Counted from the stretch's first letter, positions 28,097 through 37,957 are shown. The stretch: 55,779 bases of DNA from Candidatus Bilamarchaeaceae archaeon (GCA_038851325.1 JAWCKZ010000005.1:1-55779), one strand, 5' to 3'. Notes: generated from the letters alone by a model not told the origin. Numbers and translations are program-made.

Positions 28097-28804
28097 ATGT
28101 ATGGTGTATCACCGCAAGCGTATGATAGGGCCATAACAGTATTCAGTCCTGATGGGCGACTATTTCAAGTAGAGTATGCAAAAGAAGCTGTAAAGCGCGG
28201 AGCGACTGCGATTGGCATATGTTCGAGAGAAAGTATCGTTTTTGTTGCTTCCAAAACCATTCATTCAAAACTGGTGGTGCCAGAATCGCTGAGGAAAATA
28301 TTTGAGATAGACGAACACATCGCAGTTACAGCAAGCGGACTCATAGCTGATGCGCGGAGGCTTGTAGAAACTGCGCGAATAGATGCGCAGAGACACAGGA
28401 TATCATACAATGAGCCTGCTCCTGTTGAAACAGTCGCACGCAGCGTTTGCGACTTAATGCAGATTTACACTCAATATGGTGGGATAAGGCCGTTTGGAGT
28501 TTCTCTTCTTATAGGAGGTGTAGATACCCGCCCCAGACTTTATGAGGCAGAACCGAGCGGTGCAATGACTGCATTTTACGCAGATTCCATAGGTTCGGCA
28601 AAAAAGGAGGTCGATGAGTTTCTAGAGAAAAAATATAAAGAAAATATAGACACATCGGATGCAATAAAACTTGGCATCGAAGCTTTAAAAAAGACACAGG
28701 AAGAGGAAACGACATCTGAGAATCTTGAGGTATCATATATTCCTATGGACGTTAAGAAGTATACTTCCCTTTCAGATAAAGAAATAGCGAGGTATCTCAA
28801 ATAA
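28097..28804 (+). CDS. psmA: Proteasome alpha subunit
   Basis: YDRAITVFSPDGRLFQVEYA signature. Confidence 0.97.
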   Translation: MYGVSPQAYDRAITVFSPDGRLFQVEYAKEAVKRGATAIGICSRESIVFVASKTIHSKLVVPESLRKIFEIDEHIAVTASGLIADARRLVETARIDAQRHRISYNEPAPVETVARSVCDLMQIYTQYGGIRPFGVSLLIGGVDTRPRLYEAEPSGAMTAFYADSIGSAKKEVDEFLEKKYKENIDTSDAIKLGIEALKKTQEEETTSENLEVSYIPMDVKKYTSLSDKEIARYLK

Positions 28805-28810
28805 TCAGCA

Positions 28811-29485
28811 CTAACTCACAATCGTACCATTGTGCTTTTTTCCATTTATCGCCCTTTCTATTTCCAGGACATCCTTTCCAACAAAGTGCGTTTCTATTTT
28901 GGAGCGCGCAATGAGTTTACATGCAAGCACATCGAACACAAAGTTCGTTCCAGCTTTTCTTTTATCCGCTTCCATCGCGAGTGCTACGAGTTGTTCATAG
29001 CCAAGCGCGCTAAATTTCTTTGCATCTGGATTTTTTCTAGGATCGCTTTCGTATATTCCGGAAATGCTACTTATATTTACAAGCCTCTTTGCTCCTATAG
29101 ATTCTGCAAGAAGCACCGCGTCTGTGTCTGTAGTTATACCTGGTATTGTTCCACCCATGACAACAATGCGCGCACTAGTAAAGGCTTTTTTTGCATTTGT
29201 GAAATCGGTGAGCACAGCCGGATAAGCGATGTCCTTTAATCCTTGAAGAAAAAGCATAGCATTCTGTCTTGTTGACATTATCGCTATTTCATCAGCATCA
29301 AACTCTGATCCGCCGAGCGTGCGTGTAGCCTCAGCGTAGTCACGTGCAGTTTTTCCACCGCCCACAAGCACGCCAAACCTTTCACCTGATTTTCGTATTA
29401 CGGCGCAGAGTGCCTTTATGAAGCCTACATCAGGTTTTCCATCTGGATTTACGCAACTTCCCCCAACTGATAGAACAACTGTCAT
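28811..29485 (-). CDS. pyrH: Uridylate kinase
   Basis: SVGGS, VGGG, GGTIPGITTD, DPRKNPDA; ATG 29485 preferred. Confidence 0.92.
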   Translation of the reverse strand: MTVVLSVGGSCVNPDGKPDVGFIKALCAVIRKSGERFGVLVGGGKTARDYAEATRTLGGSEFDADEIAIMSTRQNAMLFLQGLKDIAYPAVLTDFTNAKKAFTSARIVVMGGTIPGITTDTDAVLLAESIGAKRLVNISSISGIYESDPRKNPDAKKFSALGYEQLVALAMEADKRKAGTNFVFDVLACKLIARSKIETHFVGKDVLEIERAINGKKHNGTIVS

Positions 29486-29516
29486 GAAAACCACTTTTTT
29501 TAAAACGATGATAATA

Positions 29517-30536
29517 TTATAATTGCTTTCTATTGCACATAGGATGCTTTTTCTTTTTAACTATTAGGGTGTCCATTCTCCTTTTTTTGTTTTTGAGGAG
29601 AACAACCCTAGAGTTAACATCTGTGCCTTCGTGTGCATATGACGGCAGAAATGCCAAAAGTTTTTTGCTGAATTCAACTACGTCAGTATGAAGCGGCATG
29701 TTTTCTTTCCTTAGACGCATTCTGGAAAGACCTATGAAAACGTATCCTTTGATTTCTATGAAATGTGGTTGGGCTTTCTCCAACAACTCTGCGAACTCTT
29801 TAATTGCTTTTTCATTATCGTTTATTTTGCGAATATGCGTAAGACGGACGACTGTTCTGCATTTAAGTTTTTTGAGCATATTAAGCGTTGTGATAAGTCT
29901 TTCCCATCCATCCGTATAAATTGACTTATTTAATTTTTTAAATTGTACTTCGTTGGGCGCGGTTATGGAAACGTATAGTTGTGTTGGCAGCTGACCTCTT
30001 TTTGCCATGTGCGCTATTCTCTGAGGTTCCTGCCCATTTGTAACTAAAAACACGCTCCTAACCTCCTTCTGTTTGCGCAATCTCTGTATAAGTTCGCCAA
30101 TTTTTGGATAGATGGTTGGTTCTCCTGAGAGCGATATGGCCCAGTGCGAAGGAAATTTGTTGTAGCTCTCATCAAACAATTGTTTGCTCACGTCTGCTGC
30201 GCCACCGATGCCGCATATTAACCTTCTTCGCTGTTTTACAGTCTCTTCAATTATTTTTTCTGGCTCATCTACGTCCTTCTCTTTGAATGTATTCTTTACC
30301 ATCCATTCAGAAGGTCTCCAGCAGTGGGAACACGATTGGTGGCACCACGCAAAGGCGGGACTCATTTGAGCACAACGATGGCAATCGATTCCATAAAATT
30401 TTTGTTTATAGCAAACGCCCTGGCCACGTAATGCCTTTTTTGTCCAACTGCATATCTGGACTGCCGAATGTGTTCCGACGATTCCATAAGAAGCGTTTAT
30501 GAATCTGATTAATTTGTTTTGTTCTACCGCAACCAT
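29517..30536 (-). CDS. taw1: 4-demethylwyosine synthase (radical SAM, TYW1/Taw1)
   Basis: HSAVQICSWT, CYKQKFYGI, CHQSCSHCWR, AISLSGEPT. Confidence 0.93.
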   Translation of the reverse strand: MVAVEQNKLIRFINASYGIVGTHSAVQICSWTKKALRGQGVCYKQKFYGIDCHRCAQMSPAFAWCHQSCSHCWRPSEWMVKNTFKEKDVDEPEKIIEETVKQRRRLICGIGGAADVSKQLFDESYNKFPSHWAISLSGEPTIYPKIGELIQRLRKQKEVRSVFLVTNGQEPQRIAHMAKRGQLPTQLYVSITAPNEVQFKKLNKSIYTDGWERLITTLNMLKKLKCRTVVRLTHIRKINDNEKAIKEFAELLEKAQPHFIEIKGYVFIGLSRMRLRKENMPLHTDVVEFSKKLLAFLPSYAHEGTDVNSRVVLLKNKKRRMDTLIVKKKKHPMCNRKQL

Positions 30537-30599
30537 CTTATTCCACCTTTTTTCATTAAATCCGAAAATTAATAAAAACCAGCTGGTTAAAGCTACATC

Positions 30600-31199
30600 A
30601 TGATTGAGTCTCTTAGGTTGATGCAGGCGTTTATCCTTTTGCTTGTGATTATGGACCCAGTGCTCAGCCTTGCAGCTTTTCTAGCACTCACAAAAGAAAA
30701 AGATGAAAGCAAGCGCAAGGAAATTGCCTTTAAGGCAGTGCTTGTTGCTGCTGTCATTTTCCTTCTTTTTGCCTTTGGTGGTAATATTCTTCTAGAAATT
30801 TTAAACGTTAGTATGGACAGCTTTAAGGCAGCCGGTGGAATAATATTGGTAATAATGGGCATCCAATTAGCGCTTGGGATTTCGTTTCCAAAAGAAAAAA
30901 ACAAAGAGAAGGATGGCATAAGCGAGATAGCTGTTGTTATAGGTACACCGCTTATAAGCGGACCAGCAACAATTGCCACCGCGATAATACTTGTGAACGA
31001 TTTTGGTCTAATTACGACGTTGATTGCAGGCATCGCAGCGCTGTCGGTGGTCCTACTTTCGCTTCTGACAGGCACTCACATAAACAAGTTGATAGGTAGG
31101 GGATGGTTGCGCGTGCTCTCCACAATGATGGGCATTGTTACGCTCGCGTGGGGTGTGCAGTTTATAGTTGAGGGTGTTCGGGCGTTCATCCTACTATAA
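30600..31199 (+). CDS. MarC family membrane protein
   Basis: IMDP, FKAAGGIIL, PLISGPATI. Confidence 0.9.
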   Translation: MIESLRLMQAFILLLVIMDPVLSLAAFLALTKEKDESKRKEIAFKAVLVAAVIFLLFAFGGNILLEILNVSMDSFKAAGGIILVIMGIQLALGISFPKEKNKEKDGISEIAVVIGTPLISGPATIATAIILVNDFGLITTLIAGIAALSVVLLSLLTGTHINKLIGRGWLRVLSTMMGIVTLAWGVQFIVEGVRAFILL

Positions 31200-31250
31200 A
31201 CTTAGCGTTTTATTTCTTTCTATACAGAGAACAAAAAAGTATGGGAGAAT

Positions 31251-31874
31251 GTGGTACGCATGGTTACGCTCTATTATATAAACAACAGGAATAATAAAAA
31301 GATAGCAAAGAGCGTGGAAAATAAATTCAATTTTAAACCAGTTTTGCTATCGCTTGCAGAAGCACGCGAGCGCTTGCCGAATACTGAAGGAAAGGCGATA
31401 TTGCTGTGGGGCGATGGCGATTATCATTATTTATCCTACTTCTTTGAGATAAAGAAAGAGTATGGTTGTAAGATAGGGATTGATGCGCACCTTGATACCG
31501 CACCAGCTTTCTACCTTGATTCAAGAAGTCATTTTTATCATAGCGAAAATGGAAATCATGATCTTTTTGTCTATGTTCCGCACTGGAGAGGGTATTCTGT
31601 TGAATACGCTTCTGTCAAGAAATCCAGCAAAGATTATTCGCATAAACACATCTCTGTCGACATGGATTTCGTGAAGGGCTTTCCCATAGCTACGTGGATC
31701 TCTGGTGGTAGCGGAAGGATGGAAGTGCTTCTTTCGCTATTAGATAAGATTCTGGATGAGAAGGTTATGCGGTTTGATATCGGTGGTCTTAAGGAGGACC
31801 CAACAAAATCAGAGTTTAAGAAAGCTATGGGCATGTACATGGAAGTGTTCGAGCTTCTGGCAAAAAAATTTTAG
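31251..31874 (+). CDS. Divergent arginase/ureohydrolase-fold protein
   Basis: GDGDYHY, IDAHLD and SVDMD metal-ligand-like motifs; short for the family. Confidence 0.6.
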   Translation: MVRMVTLYYINNRNNKKIAKSVENKFNFKPVLLSLAEARERLPNTEGKAILLWGDGDYHYLSYFFEIKKEYGCKIGIDAHLDTAPAFYLDSRSHFYHSENGNHDLFVYVPHWRGYSVEYASVKKSSKDYSHKHISVDMDFVKGFPIATWISGGSGRMEVLLSLLDKILDEKVMRFDIGGLKEDPTKSEFKKAMGMYMEVFELLAKKF

Positions 31875-31889
31875 ATTTGAACGTTTATC

Positions 31890-31938
31890 TCAGACGTTGT
31901 CGACCTCATCATCGTTCAGAGGTTGTTCATGTCATCAT
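31890..31938 (-). ncRNA. Box C/D guide sRNA (double guide)
   Basis: Minus strand: C ATGATGA, guide CATGAACAACCT, D' CTGA, ACG, C' ATGATGA, guide GGTCGACAACGT, D CTGA. Wholly intergenic, with a TATA-like element ~25 nt upstream (31963-31970). Confidence 0.93.
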
Positions 31939-32021
31939 CTATAGTAATTTGCTGTTTTGTGATATTTAATACTTTGCAGGCGTAAGAAAACATTTTAATT
32001 TGCAACACCCAATTCTACTCC

Positions 32022-33767
32022 ATGCAGATACGTTCGCCCATAGTTGTAGTGATGGGACATGTTGATCACGGAAAGACAACAATACTAGACGCTATTAGGG
32101 GGACAGCAGTGGCACGAAAGGAAGCAGGTGGGATAACCCAGATGATTGGCGCCAGTTACATTAAAAAAGAAAGTATAGAAGAAATGGCAAAGGTGCTCAA
32201 GGGGCGTTTCAACTTTGTACTTAAGATCCCAGGACTTCTGCTAATAGACACTCCAGGGCATGAAGCCTTCACAAACTTACGTGACAGAGGCGGTAGTATA
32301 GCAGATATAGCAATACTTGTAGTTGACATCATGCAGGGCTTCCAACCACAGACAGTTGAAAGTATACGGATACTCAAGCAGTATAGGACACCGTTTGTGG
32401 TGGCAGCAAATAAGGTAGACCTAATATCGGGCTGGAAAGAAAGCGACACACCTTCCTTCCTTGAGGCGCTTTCAAGACAACCGCCACACGTAAGCGAAAG
32501 GGTTGATGAGAAAATCTATGGCCTTATCGGTAATCTTTCCGAGTTTGGTTTTGATTCTGAACGCTTCGATCGTATTGCAGATTTCAGAAAACAAATCGCG
32601 ATCGTCCCTGTCAGTGCAAAAACAAAAGAAGGTCTTAGCGAGCTACTTATGCTCATAGCTGGGCTGAGTCAAAAATTCTTAGAAGGAAATCTTGAGATTA
32701 ATGAAAATGGTGTGGCGAAGGGGAGCATAATTGAGGTAAAGGAAGAAAAGGGTTTAGGAGCGACCATAGATGTTATTCTTTACGACGGGGTCCTTAAGAA
32801 GGGAGACGAGATCCTCTTCTTATCTCAGGAGGGCCCAAAGCGGACAAAGGTCCGTGCCCTTCTTGAGCCAAATATTGTAGGGGGAAAGGAGAGGTATACC
32901 CAGCTTGAGCAGGTCGCTGCTGCCGCTGGAGTGAAGATACTTGCTCCAGACCTTGAGAACGCCATTCCTGGTTCGCCGATTGAAACAGTGACCGATTTTG
33001 TCGAGAGAGAAAAGCACTTTGAGAGCATCTACAAAAACATCGTTATCGCAAGAAACGAGACTGGGCTCGTGCTGAAGGCAGATAGTCTTGGTTCTCTGGA
33101 AGCGCTCGTCAGGCTTCTTGAGGAAAATAAGATTCCGATAAAAGAAGCAGGTATAGGGAAAGTAACAAAAAAGGATGTTCTTGCTGCAGAGGCTGTTTCG
33201 AAGGAAAACAAATATCTTGGCGTAGTTCTTGGATTTAATGTTTCTATGACTGAGGATGGTATGAGGGAAGCGAGCGATAAGAACGTACCGGTGATTCTCA
33301 GCGATGTGATATACCGCGCGTTAGAGAACTATGGGGAATGGGTCAGAGCGAAGATAGAAGTGGAACGAACAGAGATTTGGAAAAGGCTCATCTGGCCTGC
33401 AGAGATAGTTGTGTTAAGCGGGTGCTGCTTTAGGGTTTCAAAACCTGCAATATTCGGGATAAAAGTTCTTGGAGGGGTCATAAGACCAGGTTACAAACTT
33501 ATGGATGGGGATGGCAATATCGTTGGCGAGATAAGAGAAATACAGCATGAGAAAAACAAAATAGATAAGGCTACCACTGGTATGGACGTTGCGATCTCTT
33601 GTGAAGGAACAGTTTTTGGGAAGGATGTGTGCGAAGAGGATAGGCTTTATACATACATTCCACCTGAAGATATTCTTGAGTGGGAGAAGCATAAGACAAT
33701 TCTTTCAAAAGATGATCTGGCATTGTTTGAGAAGATAAAAAAAGCAATAGTCAAAACACCGTGGTAG
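32022..33767 (+). CDS. infB: Translation initiation factor aIF5B (IF-2)
   Basis: GHVDHGKTT, GITQMIGA, DTPGHEAF, NKVD. Confidence 0.96.
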   Translation: MQIRSPIVVVMGHVDHGKTTILDAIRGTAVARKEAGGITQMIGASYIKKESIEEMAKVLKGRFNFVLKIPGLLLIDTPGHEAFTNLRDRGGSIADIAILVVDIMQGFQPQTVESIRILKQYRTPFVVAANKVDLISGWKESDTPSFLEALSRQPPHVSERVDEKIYGLIGNLSEFGFDSERFDRIADFRKQIAIVPVSAKTKEGLSELLMLIAGLSQKFLEGNLEINENGVAKGSIIEVKEEKGLGATIDVILYDGVLKKGDEILFLSQEGPKRTKVRALLEPNIVGGKERYTQLEQVAAAAGVKILAPDLENAIPGSPIETVTDFVEREKHFESIYKNIVIARNETGLVLKADSLGSLEALVRLLEENKIPIKEAGIGKVTKKDVLAAEAVSKENKYLGVVLGFNVSMTEDGMREASDKNVPVILSDVIYRALENYGEWVRAKIEVERTEIWKRLIWPAEIVVLSGCCFRVSKPAIFGIKVLGGVIRPGYKLMDGDGNIVGEIREIQHEKNKIDKATTGMDVAISCEGTVFGKDVCEEDRLYTYIPPEDILEWEKHKTILSKDDLALFEKIKKAIVKTPW

Positions 33768-33769
33768 GT

Positions 33770-34927
33770 ATGGTAGAGCTGCTCACGGACAAGTATGCGC
33801 CAAAAAGTATCGATGAGATGGTAGGTAACGAGGAGAAGCGTGAAGCTGTAAAGAGATGGATACTTAGGTGGAGCAGCGGCCAGAAACCGAGACCGCTTCT
33901 CATATACGGTCCATCAGGGGTCGGAAAAACAAGCACTGCATACGCACTCGTGCACCAGTACGATCTTGAACTCATAGAAATGAACGCGAGCGAGCTACGC
34001 GATAAGGAAAGAGTTGAACGAATTGTGCATTCTGCTGCAACCACAAAAACGCTAAGCGGAAAAATGCGCATGATCCTAATAGATGATGTAGATATCTTTA
34101 TAGGAAAAAATGATAGTGGCGGACTGCCCGCAATAGTGCGAATAATAAAAGAAGCGAATTGCCCGATACTGCTCACAGCTACGAACATTTGGGACAAGAA
34201 ACTTGCTTTATTGAGGGCTGAATGCGAACTTGTAGAGATGAAAAAGGTGAGCCGCGCATCTATCAAAACACTTCTTTCAAAGATTGCAAAAAATGAGAAA
34301 TTAGGAATTTCGGAGGAAAAGATAGAGGCAATAGCGGAAAATTCTGGCGGTGACGTCCGCTCTGCTCTTATTGATTTACAAGGCATGTGGATAAGCGCAA
34401 GGGATCGCGAGGAGGACTTGTTTATAAGGGTTAAGACGATATTTAAGGCAACTACTTATAAAGAAGCGAAAGAGGCGCTCGCTGGAGATGCTGATTACGA
34501 ATTGCTGAAACTTTGGATAGATGAAAACATACCAAATGAATATGAGAATATAGAAGATCTGGTTAGGGCGTATCATTGGCTTTCGAGAGCGGATGTCTTC
34601 CAGGGAAGGATCAAAAAAAGCTCCTGGGTGCTTTTGAAATACGCATTGGATCTTATGAGCGCAGGCATCGCACTCGCAAAGGCAGAACGCTATAAAAAGT
34701 TTACAAAATACATATTTCCAAAGTATCTTAAGGCAATGAGCATAAGCATGGAGCGAAGAGCTATGATGAAAAGCTTAGGCCTAAAGATTGGCCGGATTGT
34801 ACATACAAACTACAGGCATGCGCCGGACTATTTTACCCTGCTTTCTGGATTGCCCCCCAAGATCCTTGAAGATTTCTACGGTCTGAATGAGGATGAAATA
34901 AAGTTTCTGAGGTCGATATCTAGATAA
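33770..34927 (+). CDS. rfcL: Replication factor C large subunit
   Basis: KYAPKS, GPSGVGKT, EMNASE, IDDVD, GDVRSA, WIDENIP. Confidence 0.93.
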   Translation: MVELLTDKYAPKSIDEMVGNEEKREAVKRWILRWSSGQKPRPLLIYGPSGVGKTSTAYALVHQYDLELIEMNASELRDKERVERIVHSAATTKTLSGKMRMILIDDVDIFIGKNDSGGLPAIVRIIKEANCPILLTATNIWDKKLALLRAECELVEMKKVSRASIKTLLSKIAKNEKLGISEEKIEAIAENSGGDVRSALIDLQGMWISARDREEDLFIRVKTIFKATTYKEAKEALAGDADYELLKLWIDENIPNEYENIEDLVRAYHWLSRADVFQGRIKKSSWVLLKYALDLMSAGIALAKAERYKKFTKYIFPKYLKAMSISMERRAMMKSLGLKIGRIVHTNYRHAPDYFTLLSGLPPKILEDFYGLNEDEIKFLRSISR

Positions 34928-36425
34928 AATGCGAGATCTTTGTTTGACCCATGTGAAATTTCTTCTGCTTGGATGTCGTCTCGTTTGGCTTCTCAGATGC
35001 CCTCCCTGTTTTTTTCTGAATTGACGATTGGATCGAATATAGGATCTGCTTCATCTTTTTTTCTTTGTTTATCGAAGCCCAATAATAATACTCATCACGC
35101 GTTCCCCTTGTCATTAAAATGTGGACCTCTCCCTCATGCAACCTTGCAGCTCTACCCCTTCGCTGGATACTTCTTATCTCACTAGGTATCGGCTCGTAAA
35201 AAATAACAGCATCCACTTTCGGTATATCCAGCCCTTCCTCCCCAATGCTTGACGCAACGAGTATGTTGAATTTATTGTTTCTAAAATCGGCTATTGTCTC
35301 TTCCTGCATCTTTCTTGTGATGCCGTCTTTTTTACCAACAAATTGTCTTGCATTAAGTCCCGCCGCCCTTAGTTCCTCCTCTATCTTCTTTATCTGGTCA
35401 CGGTATTGGGCGAATACAATCATCTTCTTATCATTGAGTGATTTCACAACTTCAAGAAGTTTTTTAATTTTCGGGTGTTCTTCCTCTGTTGTTAAAACCA
35501 TCTTTTTTATCTCCGAGAAGACAGGGTTGCGGAGAAGCATTTTTGCTGATCTTGTTTTTCTTTCTTCTAGTCTTGCGAGATAATTCCGCATCGGATAAAT
35601 TCCTTGGGTTTCCAGCAACTCTGCCATGTGCAGTACATTGAGTAAGGCTGAATATTTCACAAGTGCATAATACTTATGCTTGCCCTTGCTGTTTAGTATC
35701 TTTTCGCGCAGCTGAAGGAAAAGCCCCTTGTGCTTCATGGGTGGTGGAAAGCCTATTGCGCTAAGCTCTTTTGCATAGCTTGAAATGAGCGTATCAAGAT
35801 CAGATTTTATCTTTTTAAGAGCTGGCGAAAGCTCAACCTGAACCCATTTTATCGTGCTTTTCCTTATGTACGGCTTGACATCTGCATCCTCAGATGTTCT
35901 TATCTCTACATTCTGCAGCATGAGATTCTCGAGCACTTCAGCTATCCTCTCCTTTTTTCCGCCCGGCGATGCTGTCATGCCAACAATAAGCGCACCCTTC
36001 AGTGCCTTGGCGATAGGAACATACGCATAGTCGCCCACTGCTCTGTGGCATTCGTCAACAACTAAGAGAGCGCAATTGCGATCGCATATGCCGCTTTCTA
36101 TATCATTTCTTACAGTCTGTGGCGTGGCTACGATCACAGACTTCTGGTACATCTCCTTCCTCTTTTCAGGCGGTTTATCACCTGTTATTAACGCAACTTC
36201 ATTCTCACTCAATCCAAGTGTTGAAATAACGCTATCGTAATGCTGCTTTGCAAGCGGTTTTGTAGGAGTGAGAAAGAGACATTTTCCTTCCTTATAATAT
36301 TTATCGATGAGCATTAGCGCTATAAGCGTCTTTCCCATGCCTGTTGGTAGCACAACTAGCGTGTTGCCCTTTTCAAGAATCGAATTGTAGATTGCAAGCT
36401 GATACGCTCGAGGGGTAAGTTTCAC
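34920..36425 (-). CDS. hef: Hef/FANCM-like SF2 helicase lacking the ERCC4 nuclease domain
   Basis: PRAYQ, LPTGMGKT, DECH, TASPG, GEEGLDIP, QRRGR; ends in QTKISHFI. Confidence 0.88.
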   Translation of the reverse strand: MKLTPRAYQLAIYNSILEKGNTLVVLPTGMGKTLIALMLIDKYYKEGKCLFLTPTKPLAKQHYDSVISTLGLSENEVALITGDKPPEKRKEMYQKSVIVATPQTVRNDIESGICDRNCALLVVDECHRAVGDYAYVPIAKALKGALIVGMTASPGGKKERIAEVLENLMLQNVEIRTSEDADVKPYIRKSTIKWVQVELSPALKKIKSDLDTLISSYAKELSAIGFPPPMKHKGLFLQLREKILNSKGKHKYYALVKYSALLNVLHMAELLETQGIYPMRNYLARLEERKTRSAKMLLRNPVFSEIKKMVLTTEEEHPKIKKLLEVVKSLNDKKMIVFAQYRDQIKKIEEELRAAGLNARQFVGKKDGITRKMQEETIADFRNNKFNILVASSIGEEGLDIPKVDAVIFYEPIPSEIRSIQRRGRAARLHEGEVHILMTRGTRDEYYYWASINKEKKMKQILYSIQSSIQKKTGRASEKPNETTSKQKKFHMGQTKISHFI

Positions 36426-36462
36426 GATACAATTTTAATAGGAAAGAGTTTTTAACCAATTC

Positions 36463-37038
36463 ATGATGTTGATGGGAGTGGACCTGGCGGGTTGCGAGCG
36501 GCGGCCAAGCGGTTGGGCAGTGCTTTATCGCAAAAAACTTTACTTTGGCGTTGTTAATAGCGACAATGAAATTATCTCGTTAATCAAAAAATATAAAATT
36601 AAAAAAGTGTTGATTGATGCGCCTCTTTCACTACCCGCCGGAAGAGCGAGCATCGATAAGAAGGGCAAGCAACATTTTCGCGAGTGCGATCTGCTTCTTC
36701 GTAAGGAGGGTATTAGGTTTTTCCCAATAACACTCGGACCAATGAGGATGCTTACAAAACGCGGTATGGACTTGAAGAAAAAACTTGAACGATTCGGCGT
36801 CGAGGTCTTTGAGGGGTTTCCAGGTGCGAGCTATGACAGGCTCGGTATTCCAAGGAAGGATAAGAAGAAGATACTTGCATTCCTGAAAAAGGTTGGGTTT
36901 CCTTCACCAAAGGATGCAAGTCAGGATGAACTTGACGCCTTGATCCTTCTTTTCACTTTAGTCCTTAAGGAAAAAGGTCTTTGCCGCAACCTCTCAGGAA
37001 AGGACGGTGAGATAATCGCGCCCGCGATCTTGCGGTGA
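36463..37038 (+). CDS. DUF429-like predicted nuclease (RNase H fold)
   Basis: GVDLAG, IDAPLSLP, RECD, EGFPGA, DELDA. Confidence 0.8.
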   Translation: MMLMGVDLAGCERRPSGWAVLYRKKLYFGVVNSDNEIISLIKKYKIKKVLIDAPLSLPAGRASIDKKGKQHFRECDLLLRKEGIRFFPITLGPMRMLTKRGMDLKKKLERFGVEVFEGFPGASYDRLGIPRKDKKKILAFLKKVGFPSPKDASQDELDALILLFTLVLKEKGLCRNLSGKDGEIIAPAILR

Positions 37039-37076
37039 AACAGCGGTCAATGACAGGAATGCAAAGATAACTGTTA

Positions 37077-37838
37077 TCATCCCTTGGCAATCACACTTCT
37101 CCCGCTCGGGATCATCTCTAGCACTTCTGTTACATCGATGTTTAATTTTTTGGCAACTACCCTGCTGATCTCACCCTTTTCCTTTCCTGAATTGGATGGA
37201 ACTATACAGACTTCATTTTCGAGTTTCCTTTTGGAACACTCTGGCACTATCTCTACATCATGTTCTCCTATACCGATCCTGATGCTTAGTTTGGTTTCTC
37301 TGAACCACTTCCGCTCACCAGTTATTGCGAATGCACCTGCTGGAACAAAACCACCGGGAGCTGCCTTTGAAAGCTGATTTTTTCGCACCGCATAAACATC
37401 AACGCTCGCGTTTCCGTTTTTCCAAGCGTTTGAAAAGCTTGCGGCAAACTGTGCAGCCTCCAGCTGTTCCTGCTCGCTTGCCTTTACTCCATCTTTTAAT
37501 ATTACTGCCGAAGCGCCCTGTATATCTGCATGGAAAAACAGATCGTTGTCCTCCATGTATCTTTTGAAGACAATATCGTTTTGCTGTGCGTTCCTCCCAC
37601 CAACCGCAAGCTTTCCTTCAGAGGTGTAAAACCAATGGAACTTTTCATACCATTTTTTTTCGCGCTTTATACGGACTGTCTTATCTCTTTTCTTTGCCTG
37701 TGCTCGTTCGATTTCTTTTTTTGTTTCCTCTATCGCTCTCTCAGCTCCCTCCATCTTTTTTCTCGTTTCTTTTGCGAGTTGATAATAATACGCTGCATTT
37801 TCATGTACGGATTTATCTAGAAATAGTTTAATCCTCAT
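37077..37838 (-). CDS. NFACT-R (DUF814) RNA-binding domain protein, C-terminal part of Rqc2/NEMF type
   Basis: ENAAYYY, KWYEKFHWF, GGRNAQQND, FHADIQGA. True start is ATG 37838; the longer ORF overlaps tRNA-Gly. Confidence 0.88.
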   Translation of the reverse strand: MRIKLFLDKSVHENAAYYYQLAKETRKKMEGAERAIEETKKEIERAQAKKRDKTVRIKREKKWYEKFHWFYTSEGKLAVGGRNAQQNDIVFKRYMEDNDLFFHADIQGASAVILKDGVKASEQEQLEAAQFAASFSNAWKNGNASVDVYAVRKNQLSKAAPGGFVPAGAFAITGERKWFRETKLSIRIGIGEHDVEIVPECSKRKLENEVCIVPSNSGKEKGEISRVVAKKLNIDVTEVLEMIPSGRSVIAKG

Positions 37839-37858
37839 AACATCACGCAAAAGAATGA

Positions 37859-37930
37859 TGCGACCGCCGGGAATTGAACCCGGTCCGCGAGATTGGCAAT
37901 CTCGAATCATAACCGGTAGACTACGGTCGC
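37859..37930 (-). tRNA. tRNA-Gly(GCC), no intron
   Basis: GCGACCG TA GTCT ACCGGTTA TGAT T CGAGA TTGCCAA TCTCG CGGA CCGGG TTCAATT CCCGG CGGTCGC A. Confidence 0.95.
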
Positions 37931-37957
37931 GGCAGAGATAGTTATCGAGGTAATTGT

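Noticed and set aside
32022..36425. Inteins in aIF5B, RFC-L or Hef
   Set aside because: Protein lengths are normal and no intein splice-junction motifs interrupt the conserved domains.
37839..37910. N-terminal extension of the NFACT-R ORF
   Set aside because: Overlaps tRNA-Gly; ATG 37838 is the plausible start.
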